Origin: Candidatus Shapirobacteria bacterium
Lineage (GTDB): Bacteria; Patescibacteriota; Microgenomatia; UBA12405
Assembly: GCA_041661765.1 (NCBI GenBank)
Contig: JBAZTV010000001.1
Coordinates: forward strand, 135,755-199,754
Direction of reading: 5' to 3'
DNA length: 64,000 nucleotides
Shown here: in pieces, positions 50,634 to 61,051 of the stretch
Numbering within the stretch: position 1 is the first letter of the stretch
How the letters are laid out: each line of letters begins with the position of its first letter
Position numbers and translations under genes: made by a program
Notes under the pieces: generated by a model
The model's input: only the letters and a program-made list of their open reading frames with translations
Told to the model about the DNA's origin: nothing
Database searches by the model: none

Positions 50634-51272
50634 TCAAAAACTATCCACTAGTTCTTTAAATTTACCAACCATCCCAATATTTTCCTTCCTTTTAAGACTT
50701 TTTTTATTTTTGATTATTTTTAAAACTTCTTCCGGACTGTCGGCGAAAGCATAAACTTTCCGTTCAATCCTATCAAAGTTTAAATTTTCCACCAAAGATT
50801 CTATTGTTTTTTTCCAACAATCACCAAAAAACACTAACGGTTCATGTTTTCCATATTCAAATTTTGCCTTTTCCCAAACCAATGCTAATTCTGCCATCGT
50901 ACCAGTGCCACCTTTAAAAACGATATGAGCATCAGCCAACTCCACTATTTTTTCAGTTCTATCTTGAATTGTTTTAGTTCTGTAAATTTGATTAAGATCT
51001 TTTTCTTTTTCAATAACGTTCCCCTCATAATTTTTGCCCATATCAACTTTTTCATCAATTATTACCACTTCCACTTTTCCATTTACTGATTTTGCCCCCA
51101 AAGTTGAAGCCAACATTACTCCTGGCCCTCCACCATTCACAATAATATATCCATTTTCTGCCAATAATTTTGCCGTGTTAAAAGCATCAATATAGTGCTG
51201 GTCTGTTTTTTTAGCCCCAGAATCCCCAAAGAAAGATACCCTTTTAATTTTTTTCTTAGTTATTGCCAACAT
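50634..51272 (-). CDS. LOG family (TIGR00730) nucleotide-binding protein
   Basis: IIVNGGGPGVM and GGTGTMAEL motifs. Confidence 0.8.
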   Translation of the reverse strand: MLAITKKKIKRVSFFGDSGAKKTDQHYIDAFNTAKLLAENGYIIVNGGGPGVMLASTLGAKSVNGKVEVVIIDEKVDMGKNYEGNVIEKEKDLNQIYRTKTIQDRTEKIVELADAHIVFKGGTGTMAELALVWEKAKFEYGKHEPLVFFGDCWKKTIESLVENLNFDRIERKVYAFADSPEEVLKIIKNKKSLKRKENIGMVGKFKELVDSF

Positions 51273-51897
51273 ATTTTAGTTTTTCAAAATTATCATCTAC
51301 CATACCATTAAAAATTGCTCCCCCGCAATAAGCAATTTCAACTCCAATATTTTTTATTTTTTTAATGGTCTCAAAATCAACTCCACCGTCAATTCCAATT
51401 TCAAAATTCATTTCTTTTTCTTTTCTCAAATTCACCAAAGCTTCTATTTTTTTTAAGATTTTTTCATCAAATTCAACAACTTTAAATCCAGCCTTTCTTC
51501 CCATTAATAAAATTAAATCAGTTTCAAAAGGTATTTCGCCTACTTCTGTTTCCACATCAAAAGCCAATCCTGCCTCTAACCCCATGTCTTTTATTTCTTC
51601 CACAAACTTTTCCCTATTGGACATCTTCTCCACTTGTCCAATAATTCTCGATGCTCCGACAAAATTACACTTTTCAATCCATTTAATAGGTTCTTTCACC
51701 ATCAAATGTATTTCCAATAAATTATTTTGTATTTCTTTTTGAATTTTATTCACCAATTCCAATTCAAAACTTTTTCCTTCAGTAAAAAAACCATCAATCA
51801 CATCAATTTGTATCCACCGAGTTTTATCTTTAATTAATTTTATTTTTGTTTCGGCTATTGAAAAATCTTTTTCTAAAATAGTTGGTATTATCTGCAT
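51256..51897 (-). CDS. rpe: Ribulose-phosphate 3-epimerase
   Basis: QIDVIDGFF, HLMV, GIDGG barrel motifs. Confidence 0.8.
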   Translation of the reverse strand: MQIIPTILEKDFSIAETKIKLIKDKTRWIQIDVIDGFFTEGKSFELELVNKIQKEIQNNLLEIHLMVKEPIKWIEKCNFVGASRIIGQVEKMSNREKFVEEIKDMGLEAGLAFDVETEVGEIPFETDLILLMGRKAGFKVVEFDEKILKKIEALVNLRKEKEMNFEIGIDGGVDFETIKKIKNIGVEIAYCGGAIFNGMVDDNFEKLKYVGNN

Positions 51898-52932
51898 TTA
51901 TTTATCCGAAATAGCAATTGCATTTTCAATTAATCTACAACTGTATCCATATTCATTATCATACCAGGCTCCAATCGAAACCATATCATCAGAAATCACT
52001 TTAGTCATTTCAGAATCAATCACACATGAAGCATTGTTCCCCAAAATATCAGAAGAAACCAGCGGTTCGTAAGACACTTTCAATTTACCCACCAACTCCG
52101 GATCAAAACTGGCTTCTTCGAAAATAGAATTAATTTCTTCTACCGTTGTTTTGCGAACTAACTTAAAAGTTAAATCAGAATAACTACCACAAACCACTGG
52201 CACCCTAATTGCTGTTCCTCCAAATCTTCCCTTAGCTTCGGGATAAGCTGCTATTACTGCCTCCGCCGCTCCGGTTGTTGTCGGCACAATGTTTATTGCT
52301 GCCGCTCTCGCTCTTCTAGGGTCTTTACCATTACCATCCACCAAATTTTGATTAGTAGTATAAGCATGAATAGTTGTTAAAGTTCCTTCTTGAAAGCCAA
52401 TTTTTTCATCAATTAATTTCACGATTGGCGCCACACAATTAGTAGTACAAGATCCATTTGAAATTAATTTTTCTCCTTTATATTTATCACCATTAACTCC
52501 TAAAATATAAGTCGGAATGGAGTTACCCTTACACGGGGCACTGATAATTACCTTTTTAGCCCCCGCCTTTATGTGTGCCAGCGCCTTATTATCAGTAAAA
52601 GCTCCGGTGCATTCCAATACCACATCCACATCTTTCCACGGAATTTTTGTCGGATCCATTTGACCAAACACTGGGATTGAATTATCACCCACTTCCAACC
52701 TGCCAATCTCCATTGCTTTTTGTGGTCCAGAAAATCCAACTTTCCATGGTGATCTTCCATAAACAGAGTCATATTTAAATTGCATAGCAAAAGTTTCTAT
52801 ATCAAATCGACCATCAGTATTAATTGCTGCCACTTCCACGTCATATTTTTCCGCAAATATCGCCCTTAAAACTACACTTCCAATCCTTCCAAAACCGTTA
52901 ATCCCAATTCTTATTTTTTTATCTTGTTTCAT
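51898..52932 (-). CDS. gap: Glyceraldehyde-3-phosphate dehydrogenase
   Basis: INGFGRIG, SCTTNC. Confidence 0.95.
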   Translation of the reverse strand: MKQDKKIRIGINGFGRIGSVVLRAIFAEKYDVEVAAINTDGRFDIETFAMQFKYDSVYGRSPWKVGFSGPQKAMEIGRLEVGDNSIPVFGQMDPTKIPWKDVDVVLECTGAFTDNKALAHIKAGAKKVIISAPCKGNSIPTYILGVNGDKYKGEKLISNGSCTTNCVAPIVKLIDEKIGFQEGTLTTIHAYTTNQNLVDGNGKDPRRARAAAINIVPTTTGAAEAVIAAYPEAKGRFGGTAIRVPVVCGSYSDLTFKLVRKTTVEEINSIFEEASFDPELVGKLKVSYEPLVSSDILGNNASCVIDSEMTKVISDDMVSIGAWYDNEYGYSCRLIENAIAISDK

Positions 52933-52946
52933 ATATTAATAATAAA

Positions 52947-54053
52947 CTATTCCCAAGCAGGAAGTGAACCTTTAATTAAAAATTCTAACATTACTCCACC
53001 ACCAGAACAAACAAAATCAATCTTATTTTCCAACCCCAGATTTACAATTGATGCTACTGTATCACCGCCGGCAATTATTTTATAAGCGTTTGAACCAGCA
53101 ATCGCTTTGGCAATTTCCTCAGTTCCTTTTTTGCAATTTCCTTTTTCATAAAACCCCATTGCTCCCGCCCAAATAATCATTTTAGCCTCATAAATTATTT
53201 TTTTAAATTTTTCAATATCTTCATCGCTTAAATCCAATCCATCCTCCCTCAATTCTGCCACTAAAATTTTAGCCTCCCTGTCAAGGGAGGTGCCCGAAGG
53301 GCGGAGGGTTTTAATCAATTTTGGTAATTTACCGCCAATTAATATTTGGTCAGTCATTTTTGCCAATTCACCCAAATTTTTCAATTTATCCTCCTTAACT
53401 CCACCTAAAATCACCACTAAACCTTTATTATTCTGCTTTGCAGAATTTTCTAAAATTAAATCTATTTTTCCTACCTCTTTCACGAAATCTAAGCCATAAT
53501 AAGTCTCCATTTCTCGATGTAACATTATCGATGCTGCCGCTCGATGGGCGACGGCAAATGCATCATTCACATAAACCGTCGCATATTTTTTTAATACCGA
53601 AAACAGGGCTGTATTACCATCTTCTTCCTCTTTATAAAATCTCAGATTTTCTCCAAAAATTATTTCATTTTCAGAAATTGCCTTTTTAATTTTTTCTTCA
53701 TTTTTTATATCATCCACAAAAACATTTTTTACACAATCTCCACCACAATCGGCCTCCAAAATCTCCATCAATTCTAAGTAAATTGGCCTTAAAGATAAAT
53801 TATTTTCTTTATTTTTTGGCCTGCCCAAGTGCCCCACTATTACTATTTTATTTTCTCTCTCCAATAGTAATTTAATTATTGGAATCGATTTTATCAATCG
53901 ACTACTATCTAAAATTTGGCCGTCCATCATTGGCAAATCCAAATCCATTCGCAAAATAACTACATTTCCTTCGTTAATATTTTCAACCGAGTTTAGTTTT
54001 TTCATATTTTTTAATTTTATTAATTCTTCTAATAAATCTCTCTTCACTGGCAA
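52947..54053 (-). CDS. pgk: Phosphoglycerate kinase (start probably internal Met ~54005); palindromic element embedded in-frame
   Basis: RMDLDLPM, GHLGRPK, GGGV/GGKL core, AGGDTVA; element 53273-53313 encodes IKTLRPSGTSLDREA. Confidence 0.9.
   Translation of the reverse strand: MPVKRDLLEELIKLKNMKKLNSVENINEGNVVILRMDLDLPMMDGQILDSSRLIKSIPIIKLLLERENKIVIVGHLGRPKNKENNLSLRPIYLELMEILEADCGGDCVKNVFVDDIKNEEKIKKAISENEIIFGENLRFYKEEEDGNTALFSVLKKYATVYVNDAFAVAHRAAASIMLHREMETYYGLDFVKEVGKIDLILENSAKQNNKGLVVILGGVKEDKLKNLGELAKMTDQILIGGKLPKLIKTLRPSGTSLDREAKILVAELREDGLDLSDEDIEKFKKIIYEAKMIIWAGAMGFYEKGNCKKGTEEIAKAIAGSNAYKIIAGGDTVASIVNLGLENKIDFVCSGGGVMLEFLIKGSLPAWE
53273..53313. repeat. Bipartite palindromic element copy (in-frame in pgk)
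   Basis: CCTCCCT-GTCAA-GGGAGG-TGCCCGAAGGGCG-GAGGGTTTTA; 18 + 11 nt identical to intergenic copy at 61799. Confidence 0.7.
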
Positions 54054-54438
54054 AAACCGTTTCTAAAAATATTTCAATAATTCTAAAATTTGTTTCTTCG
54101 TCCACTAAACCAGCCGATAAACATAAAATATTAGCATCGTCATCTGTTCTTGCCAATCGAGCCTGTTTTTCATTTGTCACCAGTGCCGCTCTAGCCCCAT
54201 CAACTTTATTAGCCGAAATACAAATCCCCACTCCAGACTCACAAATTAAAATTCCTTTAGTATTTTCCATTACCACTTTTTCTGCCAATTTTATGGCTAT
54301 ATCACTATAATCATCATCTTGATTGTATTTAGTTGGTCCTAAATCTTTTATTTTATATTCCCGATCTCTCAAAAACTCCAACACTTTATTTTTTAAATTC
54401 ATACCTCGATGATCAGCTCCAACATAAATCACACTCAT
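53983..54438 (-). CDS. rpiB: Ribose-5-phosphate isomerase B
   Basis: VGADHRG...ILICESGVGICISANKV. Confidence 0.85.
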   Translation of the reverse strand: MSVIYVGADHRGMNLKNKVLEFLRDREYKIKDLGPTKYNQDDDYSDIAIKLAEKVVMENTKGILICESGVGICISANKVDGARAALVTNEKQARLARTDDDANILCLSAGLVDEETNFRIIEIFLETVFASEERFIRRINKIKKYEKTKLG

Positions 54439-54477
54439 AATTTAATATAGCATCAATAGGTTAAAATATCCTTAATC

Positions 54478-55170
54478 ATGAATATTATTTCGCTTCAAAA
54501 TCAATCATTCGAATATGAAATCAATCGCAAAGGTATTAGATCCATTCGTCTCAAACTAATTTCTCAAAATAGTTTTCAAATTTCATGTCCTCATCTCACT
54601 CCAGATTTTTTAATCAAAAAATTTATTAAAGATAATTCTCTTTGGATTATTAATCATTCTGATAAAATTACTTCCAAAAAAGCAATTTTAGATTTAAAAA
54701 GCCTTCAAATACTAGAAAATAATTATGAAATTCAATGGATAAAAACACAAAGGGATTCGGTCATTATTAATGAAGATGAACAAAAAATTTATTCAAATAT
54801 CACCATCATTTCTGAAACCCATGCTAAAAAAATTTTAGAGTCAAAATTAAGACCTTTTGCCTTAAAATTAATTAAAAAAGAATTGCAAAATTTATCAAAA
54901 GAATTTTGTTTTAAATACAATAATGTCACCGTTCGTAATCAAAGTTCTCGCTACGGTTCTTGCTCCAGCCGTGGCAATTTGAATTTTAATTGGCAGATTA
55001 TTTTTTTCCCCTATCCTCAGCTTCGTCACATTTTATTACATGAATTAACCCATCTTGACATTAAAAATCATTCATCAAAATTTTGGAGCCAATTAACCGT
55101 TTATGATTCAAATTGCAAAAATCATAATCTCTGGCTCAAAAAAGAGGGGACTAAATATTTTTTATTTTAA
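54478..55170 (+). CDS. YgjP/DUF45-family zinc metallohydrolase (HExxH)
   Basis: HILLHELTHLDIKNHS HExxH motif. Confidence 0.65.
   Translation: MNIISLQNQSFEYEINRKGIRSIRLKLISQNSFQISCPHLTPDFLIKKFIKDNSLWIINHSDKITSKKAILDLKSLQILENNYEIQWIKTQRDSVIINEDEQKIYSNITIISETHAKKILESKLRPFALKLIKKELQNLSKEFCFKYNNVTVRNQSSRYGSCSSRGNLNFNWQIIFFPYPQLRHILLHELTHLDIKNHSSKFWSQLTVYDSNCKNHNLWLKKEGTKYFLF
55120..55161. repeat. 42-nt direct repeat, left copy (3' end of DUF45 gene)
   Basis: AATCATAATCTCTGGCTCAAAAAAGAGGGGACTAAATATTTT; right copy at 55551-55592 with 1 mismatch. Confidence 0.7.
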
Positions 55171-55172
55171 AT

Positions 55173-55210
55173 TGCCCTTTCTGATGATCGGGGCAGTAAG
55201 GGCAATTTAA
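55173..55210. terminator. Bidirectional stem-loop terminator
   Basis: AAATTGCCCTT-(18 nt)-AAGGGCAATTT perfect 11-bp inverted repeat between convergent genes. Confidence 0.45.
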
Positions 55211-55216
55211 TTTCAC

Positions 55217-55387
55217 TTACAACAATGGAGCAGTTGGACCGTTTGTTTTAACCCAATTTATTGAGTCAATAGCTGCTTGTCTTGAAGAATAACCTTCACT
55301 CCAACAGACTATTTGATTATTGGCTGCTACAAGCCTCCAATGATAAAAACGATCTTGCCCTATGTAAATTTCATATCTTATTCGCAT
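55217..55387 (-). CDS. YegP/DUF1508-family small protein (56 aa)
   Basis: Own translation: MRIRYEIYIGQDRFYHWRLVAANNQIVCWSEGYSSRQAAIDSINWVKTNGPTAPLL; matches YegP repeat consensus (F.iyk...g.yrfrL.A.NG..I..SEgY.s...a...I..V); below ORF-track size cutoff. Confidence 0.55.
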   Translation of the reverse strand: MRIRYEIYIGQDRFYHWRLVAANNQIVCWSEGYSSRQAAIDSINWVKTNGPTAPLL

Positions 55388-55550
55388 AGTGTTTTTTAAA
55401 TAAATAATCTACCACTAGTGTGTATTACATAAATTATACGCTACAAATAGTGCTTATAAAATATAAAAAAATATATCTCAATATCACAAACTATCACAAA
55501 TAAACAATTCATATATAAAAATATCTTTTAAGTATCAAAAAACATCACTT

Positions 55551-55592
55551 AAAAAATAAAATCACAATCTCTGGCTCAAAAAAGAGGGGACT
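55551..55592. repeat. 42-nt direct repeat, right copy
   Basis: AATCACAATCTCTGGCTCAAAAAAGAGGGGACTAAATATTTT. Confidence 0.7.
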
Positions 55593-55709
55593 AAATATTT
55601 TATTTTTAGTTAAAGTTGTTTTTGTTAATTTTTATGGTAAAATTCCAGTAAAGTTGCAAATAGCACCTTTAAAATTTGGCGAAATAAATACTAGAGAGGG
55701 GTAATTAAA

Positions 55710-56168
55710 ATGACGGAATTCAACAATCATCTTCCTGATTTTTTTGACGTAGACAGCTCGATAGCAGATAACCATCGTGATCTTCTTCTTAATGCCTACA
55801 ATAACCCTGAAAATACTGGAAATTTTATTTTAGTAGATACCAAAAATTTGAGAGTAGTCATTAATACAATCAAACAGGAGCTTTCTTATTGTCCCTTTGA
55901 AATTGTACCTGAAACTGGAAATATAAAATATGCCCAAACGCTTCATGGTTACCGTGATGCCCAAAAATATATTTTTAAAATTGATGCTAGGAATAGTTTT
56001 AATCAGGAAATTAGCAACAATTTTAATTGGCCAGTTTTTTCCTTAAATTTCCCATATAAAATACCAACTTATTGTTTTTATTTTATTCTAAACCAAAAGG
56101 ATCTATCTCTTTTTGCTGAGTTATTTTCCAATTGGTTATCTAAAATAGATTTACCATTTTCAGACTAA
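55710..56168 (+). CDS. Hypothetical protein (152 aa)
   Basis: ORF track; GAGAGGGG RBS 8 nt upstream. Confidence 0.45.
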   Translation: MTEFNNHLPDFFDVDSSIADNHRDLLLNAYNNPENTGNFILVDTKNLRVVINTIKQELSYCPFEIVPETGNIKYAQTLHGYRDAQKYIFKIDARNSFNQEISNNFNWPVFSLNFPYKIPTYCFYFILNQKDLSLFAELFSNWLSKIDLPFSD

Positions 56169-56206
56169 ATTCCCTAACTCATTTAAAAAAAGGAGGTGAA
56201 TAAATT

Positions 56207-56326
56207 GTTTATCGATTATTCTAAAGACCCTGTAAAAAGTCTACCAACCCCAGGTACTATTAAGATTATTTCACTACCCAAAACGATTTCATCGGAAATT
56301 CCTTTTAAAAAACTCTGTATTTAAAC
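56207..56326 (+). CDS. Possible small protein (39 aa, TTG start) with strong RBS
   Basis: AAAGGAGGTG 7 nt upstream of TTG; MFIDYSKDPVKSLPTPGTIKIISLPKTISSEIPFKKLCI; followed by terminator. Confidence 0.3.
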
Positions 56327-56333
56327 CAAATCC

Positions 56334-56396
56334 ATTCCACCCTTCAATACTATTTTGATCACAAAAGTGATTTAGTAAAGAAGGGTGTTTTTTTTA
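56334..56396 (+). terminator. Rho-independent terminator
   Basis: CACCCTTC...GAAGGGTG stem followed by TTTTTTTT. Confidence 0.5.
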
Positions 56397-57173
56397 TATT
56401 ACTATTTCAATACCAACAGGACAATGATCTGACCCTTCAATTTCAGGCATAATAAACGCCGATTTTACCTTATTTTTTAACGATTCATCCACAAAAAAAT
56501 AATCAATTCTCCAACCCACATTTCTTTTTCGAGCCCCGCTTCGTTGACTCCACCAAGAATAATTATTTGGTTCTTTATTAAATAGTCTAAAAGTATCCAC
56601 ATAGCCATTTTTAATTACCTTATCAATCCAGTTTCTTTCAATTTCCAAAAAGCCTGAAACCATTTCATTATCCTTTGGTCTGGCCAAATCTATTTCTTCA
56701 TGAGCCGTGTTTATATCACCACAAAAAATTATTTTTTCACCACTATCTCTTAATTCATTTATATATTTCAAAAAATAATCATAAAATTTCATTTTATAAT
56801 CTAATCGACCCTTATCTCTTTTACCGTTTGGAAAATAAACATTAAATAAAGTAAATTCATCAAATTTAGTGATAATTACTCGACCTTCATCATCCCAATC
56901 ATTATCTAGATCACCTACAATCACATTTCTAGGTTCAATTTTACTAAAAGTTGCCACTCCAGAATAGCCCGCTTTTTCTGCTGGATTCCAATAATTTAAA
57001 TAATCATTTGGATAATCATCCTCAATTCTGCTTTGCAGAACTTGTTCCGGACGGGCCTTAATTTCTTGAAAACAATATATATCAGCATCAATTTTCTTCA
57101 TTTTCTGCCACAAACCCTTTTTAACTGCTGCCCTCATTCCCGCCAAATTCCAAGAAATTATTTTTACTTTCAT
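56394..57173 (-). CDS. xth: Exodeoxyribonuclease III (AP endonuclease)
   Basis: ISWNLAGMRA, FQEIK, GDINTAHEEIDL, SDHCPV. Confidence 0.9.
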   Translation of the reverse strand: MKVKIISWNLAGMRAAVKKGLWQKMKKIDADIYCFQEIKARPEQVLQSRIEDDYPNDYLNYWNPAEKAGYSGVATFSKIEPRNVIVGDLDNDWDDEGRVIITKFDEFTLFNVYFPNGKRDKGRLDYKMKFYDYFLKYINELRDSGEKIIFCGDINTAHEEIDLARPKDNEMVSGFLEIERNWIDKVIKNGYVDTFRLFNKEPNNYSWWSQRSGARKRNVGWRIDYFFVDESLKNKVKSAFIMPEIEGSDHCPVGIEIVI

Positions 57174-57191
57174 AATTTATTGTATCAATTT

Positions 57192-57200
57192 GCTATAATA
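57192..57200 (+). promoter_or_regulatory. Extended -10 promoter element (TGcTATAAT) upstream of tRNA-Tyr
   Basis: TGCTATAAT 14 nt upstream of tRNA 5' end. Confidence 0.35.
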
Positions 57201-57213
57201 ATCCACATCATTA

Positions 57214-57285
57214 CCAGCGGTGACCGAACGGTTAGGTGGCAGTCTGTAAAACTGTTTTGAGCAGGTTCGACTCCTGCCCGCTGGA
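57214..57285 (+). tRNA. tRNA with anticodon GUA (Tyr), short 5-nt variable loop
   Basis: CCAGCGG/CCGCUGG acceptor, anticodon stem GCAGU/ACUGU loop CUGUAAA, T-arm GCAGGUUCGACUCCUGC, discriminator A. Confidence 0.7.
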
Positions 57286-57373
57286 CATAACTTACAATAT
57301 TTGATTTTTCCCAAATTTCACGATAAAATCACGTGTACTTTCAAACTAAATTTTAAAGGGAGGGTAATTTTAA

Positions 57374-57720
57374 TGGCAGAATTTGAAAGATTTTGGCCTT
57401 TTTTGGTAATAATTTTAATTGCCTTAGTCACAACAGCCATTGCTTGCTGGAAAACAACACTAGACTCAACCACAAAAGAAAAAGATTTTTTAGGTTTTCC
57501 TGTTTGGTTTATTCCATTAGGGTATCTAGTAATTGCGTGGCTTTTTGGAGGATCTATTAATTTAAACAAACCAATCAGTATACTTGGTGCATTGTTTGTT
57601 TATGGGCTTTCAGTCGTAATCCTTTTTAAGGCGCGTCATTTACCATCCGATTTAAAATGGTATTACCCAATTAGAGCAGCTGTTGTGATTTTAATAATCG
57701 CAAATAGTTGTTTGTCTTAA
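57374..57720 (+). CDS. Hypothetical membrane protein (start reassigned to ATG after GGGAGGG RBS)
   Basis: Track ORF 57301..57720; RBS GGGAGGG then ATG 57374 (MAEFERFWPF...). Confidence 0.4.
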
Positions 57721-57900
57721 AATTTAGTTAAATAGCGTCGATAAAAAAGGGAAATAAAGTTGTTTTATATGCATATCGCATATTCCAACAACCAATTTTT
57801 CTTTTTAATAATATCGGCGCTTTTTTCTTGTCAAATTTATTACAGATTAAACTCATATCCTATGGACATTTCCATTTTTCCACGTATAGTCACTCTATGA

Positions 57901-58133
57901 AGGATAAAATTATTGATGTTGTTAGTTGGTGTGGTACATTTGTTGCAATTTTAGCCTATATTTTGGTTAGTTTTAAAATTATTCAACCGAACCTGATTTA
58001 TCAAATTCTCAATATTTCTGCTGCTATGAGCATTGCTATTGTTTCTTTTCATAAAAAAGTTTATCAACCCGCCGTTCTAAATATAATTTCCGTATTAATT
58101 GGAACTATTGCCATAGTAAAATACTATTTATAG
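57901..58133 (+). CDS. Hypothetical small membrane protein (start ATG 57901 inside track ORF 57828..58133)
   Basis: ORF track; 2-3 TM. Confidence 0.35.
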
Positions 58134-59207
58134 ATGTATCTATCTAAACTTCTTCTTCAAAATTTTCGCTCATATCCACAACAACTCATCGAATTTGATC
58201 CCAAATTAAATCTTATTCTTGGTCCCAATGGTTCCGGTAAAACTAATATTATAGAGGCCATTTTTATCCTAGCCGCTGGTAAAAGTTTCCGATCTAGTTC
58301 TCAATCAAAATTAATTAATTGGAATGATTTTTTTACTTCAGTCCGAGCCAAACTTATTAACGATAAAAATGAAACCAGTGAAATCGAAATTAAATTAATC
58401 AAAGATCAAACCGGCAAAAGTAGTACCGTTTCCCGTAAATTTTTAATCGATAAGGTCGAAAAAACCAGAAAGACATACATTGGTATTTTTAAAAACGTTA
58501 TCTTTCATCCTGAAGACATTCGTCTAATTAATGGTTCTCCTAATCGCCGCCGTGAATTTTTAGACGAAATTTTTCTTCAAACTGAGTGGCGTTATACTCA
58601 GGCTTTATCTCAATATAACAAAGCCATAAAACATCGAAATGAACTTCTCAATCAAGTCCGAGAAGGCAAATCTATCAAATCGGAGCTTTTTTATTGGGAT
58701 CAAACCCTTATTAAAAATGCCAGAATAATCCACGATTTTCGCACCACTTTTATTCGTTCTACTAATTCTTTTTTTCAAAATCACCCCGATTCTCAAATTA
58801 AATTAATTTTTCTAAATTACCATCCCTCAATTTTGACTGAAGACAGGTTGGAAAAAAGTTATCAATTAGATCTTCATCGTGGTTGCACTCAGATTGGTAT
58901 CCATCGTGATGATTTTAGTTTTAATAATAATGATTTTTCTACTGAAGATAAAAATTTAGCTTTTTGGGGCAGTCGGGGACAGCAACGACTTGCTGTTTTA
59001 GCCATTCGTTTAGCCCAAATTAATTATTTGGAAAAAATTTATCAAGATAAACCAGTTTTATTATTAGATGATATCTTTTCCGAACTCGACCCAGATCATC
59101 AAAAATTAGTCGTATCTTTGTGTCAAAAATATCAAACAATCTTCACAGCCGCCGAACCTGAAAGTATTAAGATTCTATCTACCGCCAAATTGATTCAACT
59201 TACCTAG
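58134..59207 (+). CDS. recF: DNA replication/repair protein RecF
   Basis: LLQNFRSY, Walker A GPNGSGKTN, signature and D-loop. Confidence 0.9.
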   Translation: MYLSKLLLQNFRSYPQQLIEFDPKLNLILGPNGSGKTNIIEAIFILAAGKSFRSSSQSKLINWNDFFTSVRAKLINDKNETSEIEIKLIKDQTGKSSTVSRKFLIDKVEKTRKTYIGIFKNVIFHPEDIRLINGSPNRRREFLDEIFLQTEWRYTQALSQYNKAIKHRNELLNQVREGKSIKSELFYWDQTLIKNARIIHDFRTTFIRSTNSFFQNHPDSQIKLIFLNYHPSILTEDRLEKSYQLDLHRGCTQIGIHRDDFSFNNNDFSTEDKNLAFWGSRGQQRLAVLAIRLAQINYLEKIYQDKPVLLLDDIFSELDPDHQKLVVSLCQKYQTIFTAAEPESIKILSTAKLIQLT

Positions 59208-59393
59208 TGCAAATTTCAATCTTGTGTAATATAATAACCTCACTGCCTGAAACAAGGCAGAATTGTTCTTTAAAATTAAGTTCACAATTTGTTTAGAGCC
59301 AGAAGCTGTTAGTACCAGAAAGATTTTCAAAAAAAATTTTTGATTGATTATTTAAATCAATTGATTTCGAATTTATTCGAAATGTTAGTACTA

Positions 59394-60887
<1,494 letters not shown>

Positions 60888-60980
60888 GAGGTTTATGTCC
60901 AATCCATAAGATTGGACCATCTCATCCTTTCTGGTACTAACAGTTCGGCTCTAAACAAGTGAATTTAATTTTAATCTTAA

Positions 60981-61006
60981 AATCCGCCATTTGGCGGATT
61001 TTTTGA
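60981..61006 (+). terminator. Rho-independent terminator after 16S
   Basis: AAAATCCGCC-ATTT-GGCGGATTTTTT. Confidence 0.6.
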
Positions 61007-61051
61007 TACAATACCACATGAATTTTAGTCCTTTACCGACTAAACAAACAT

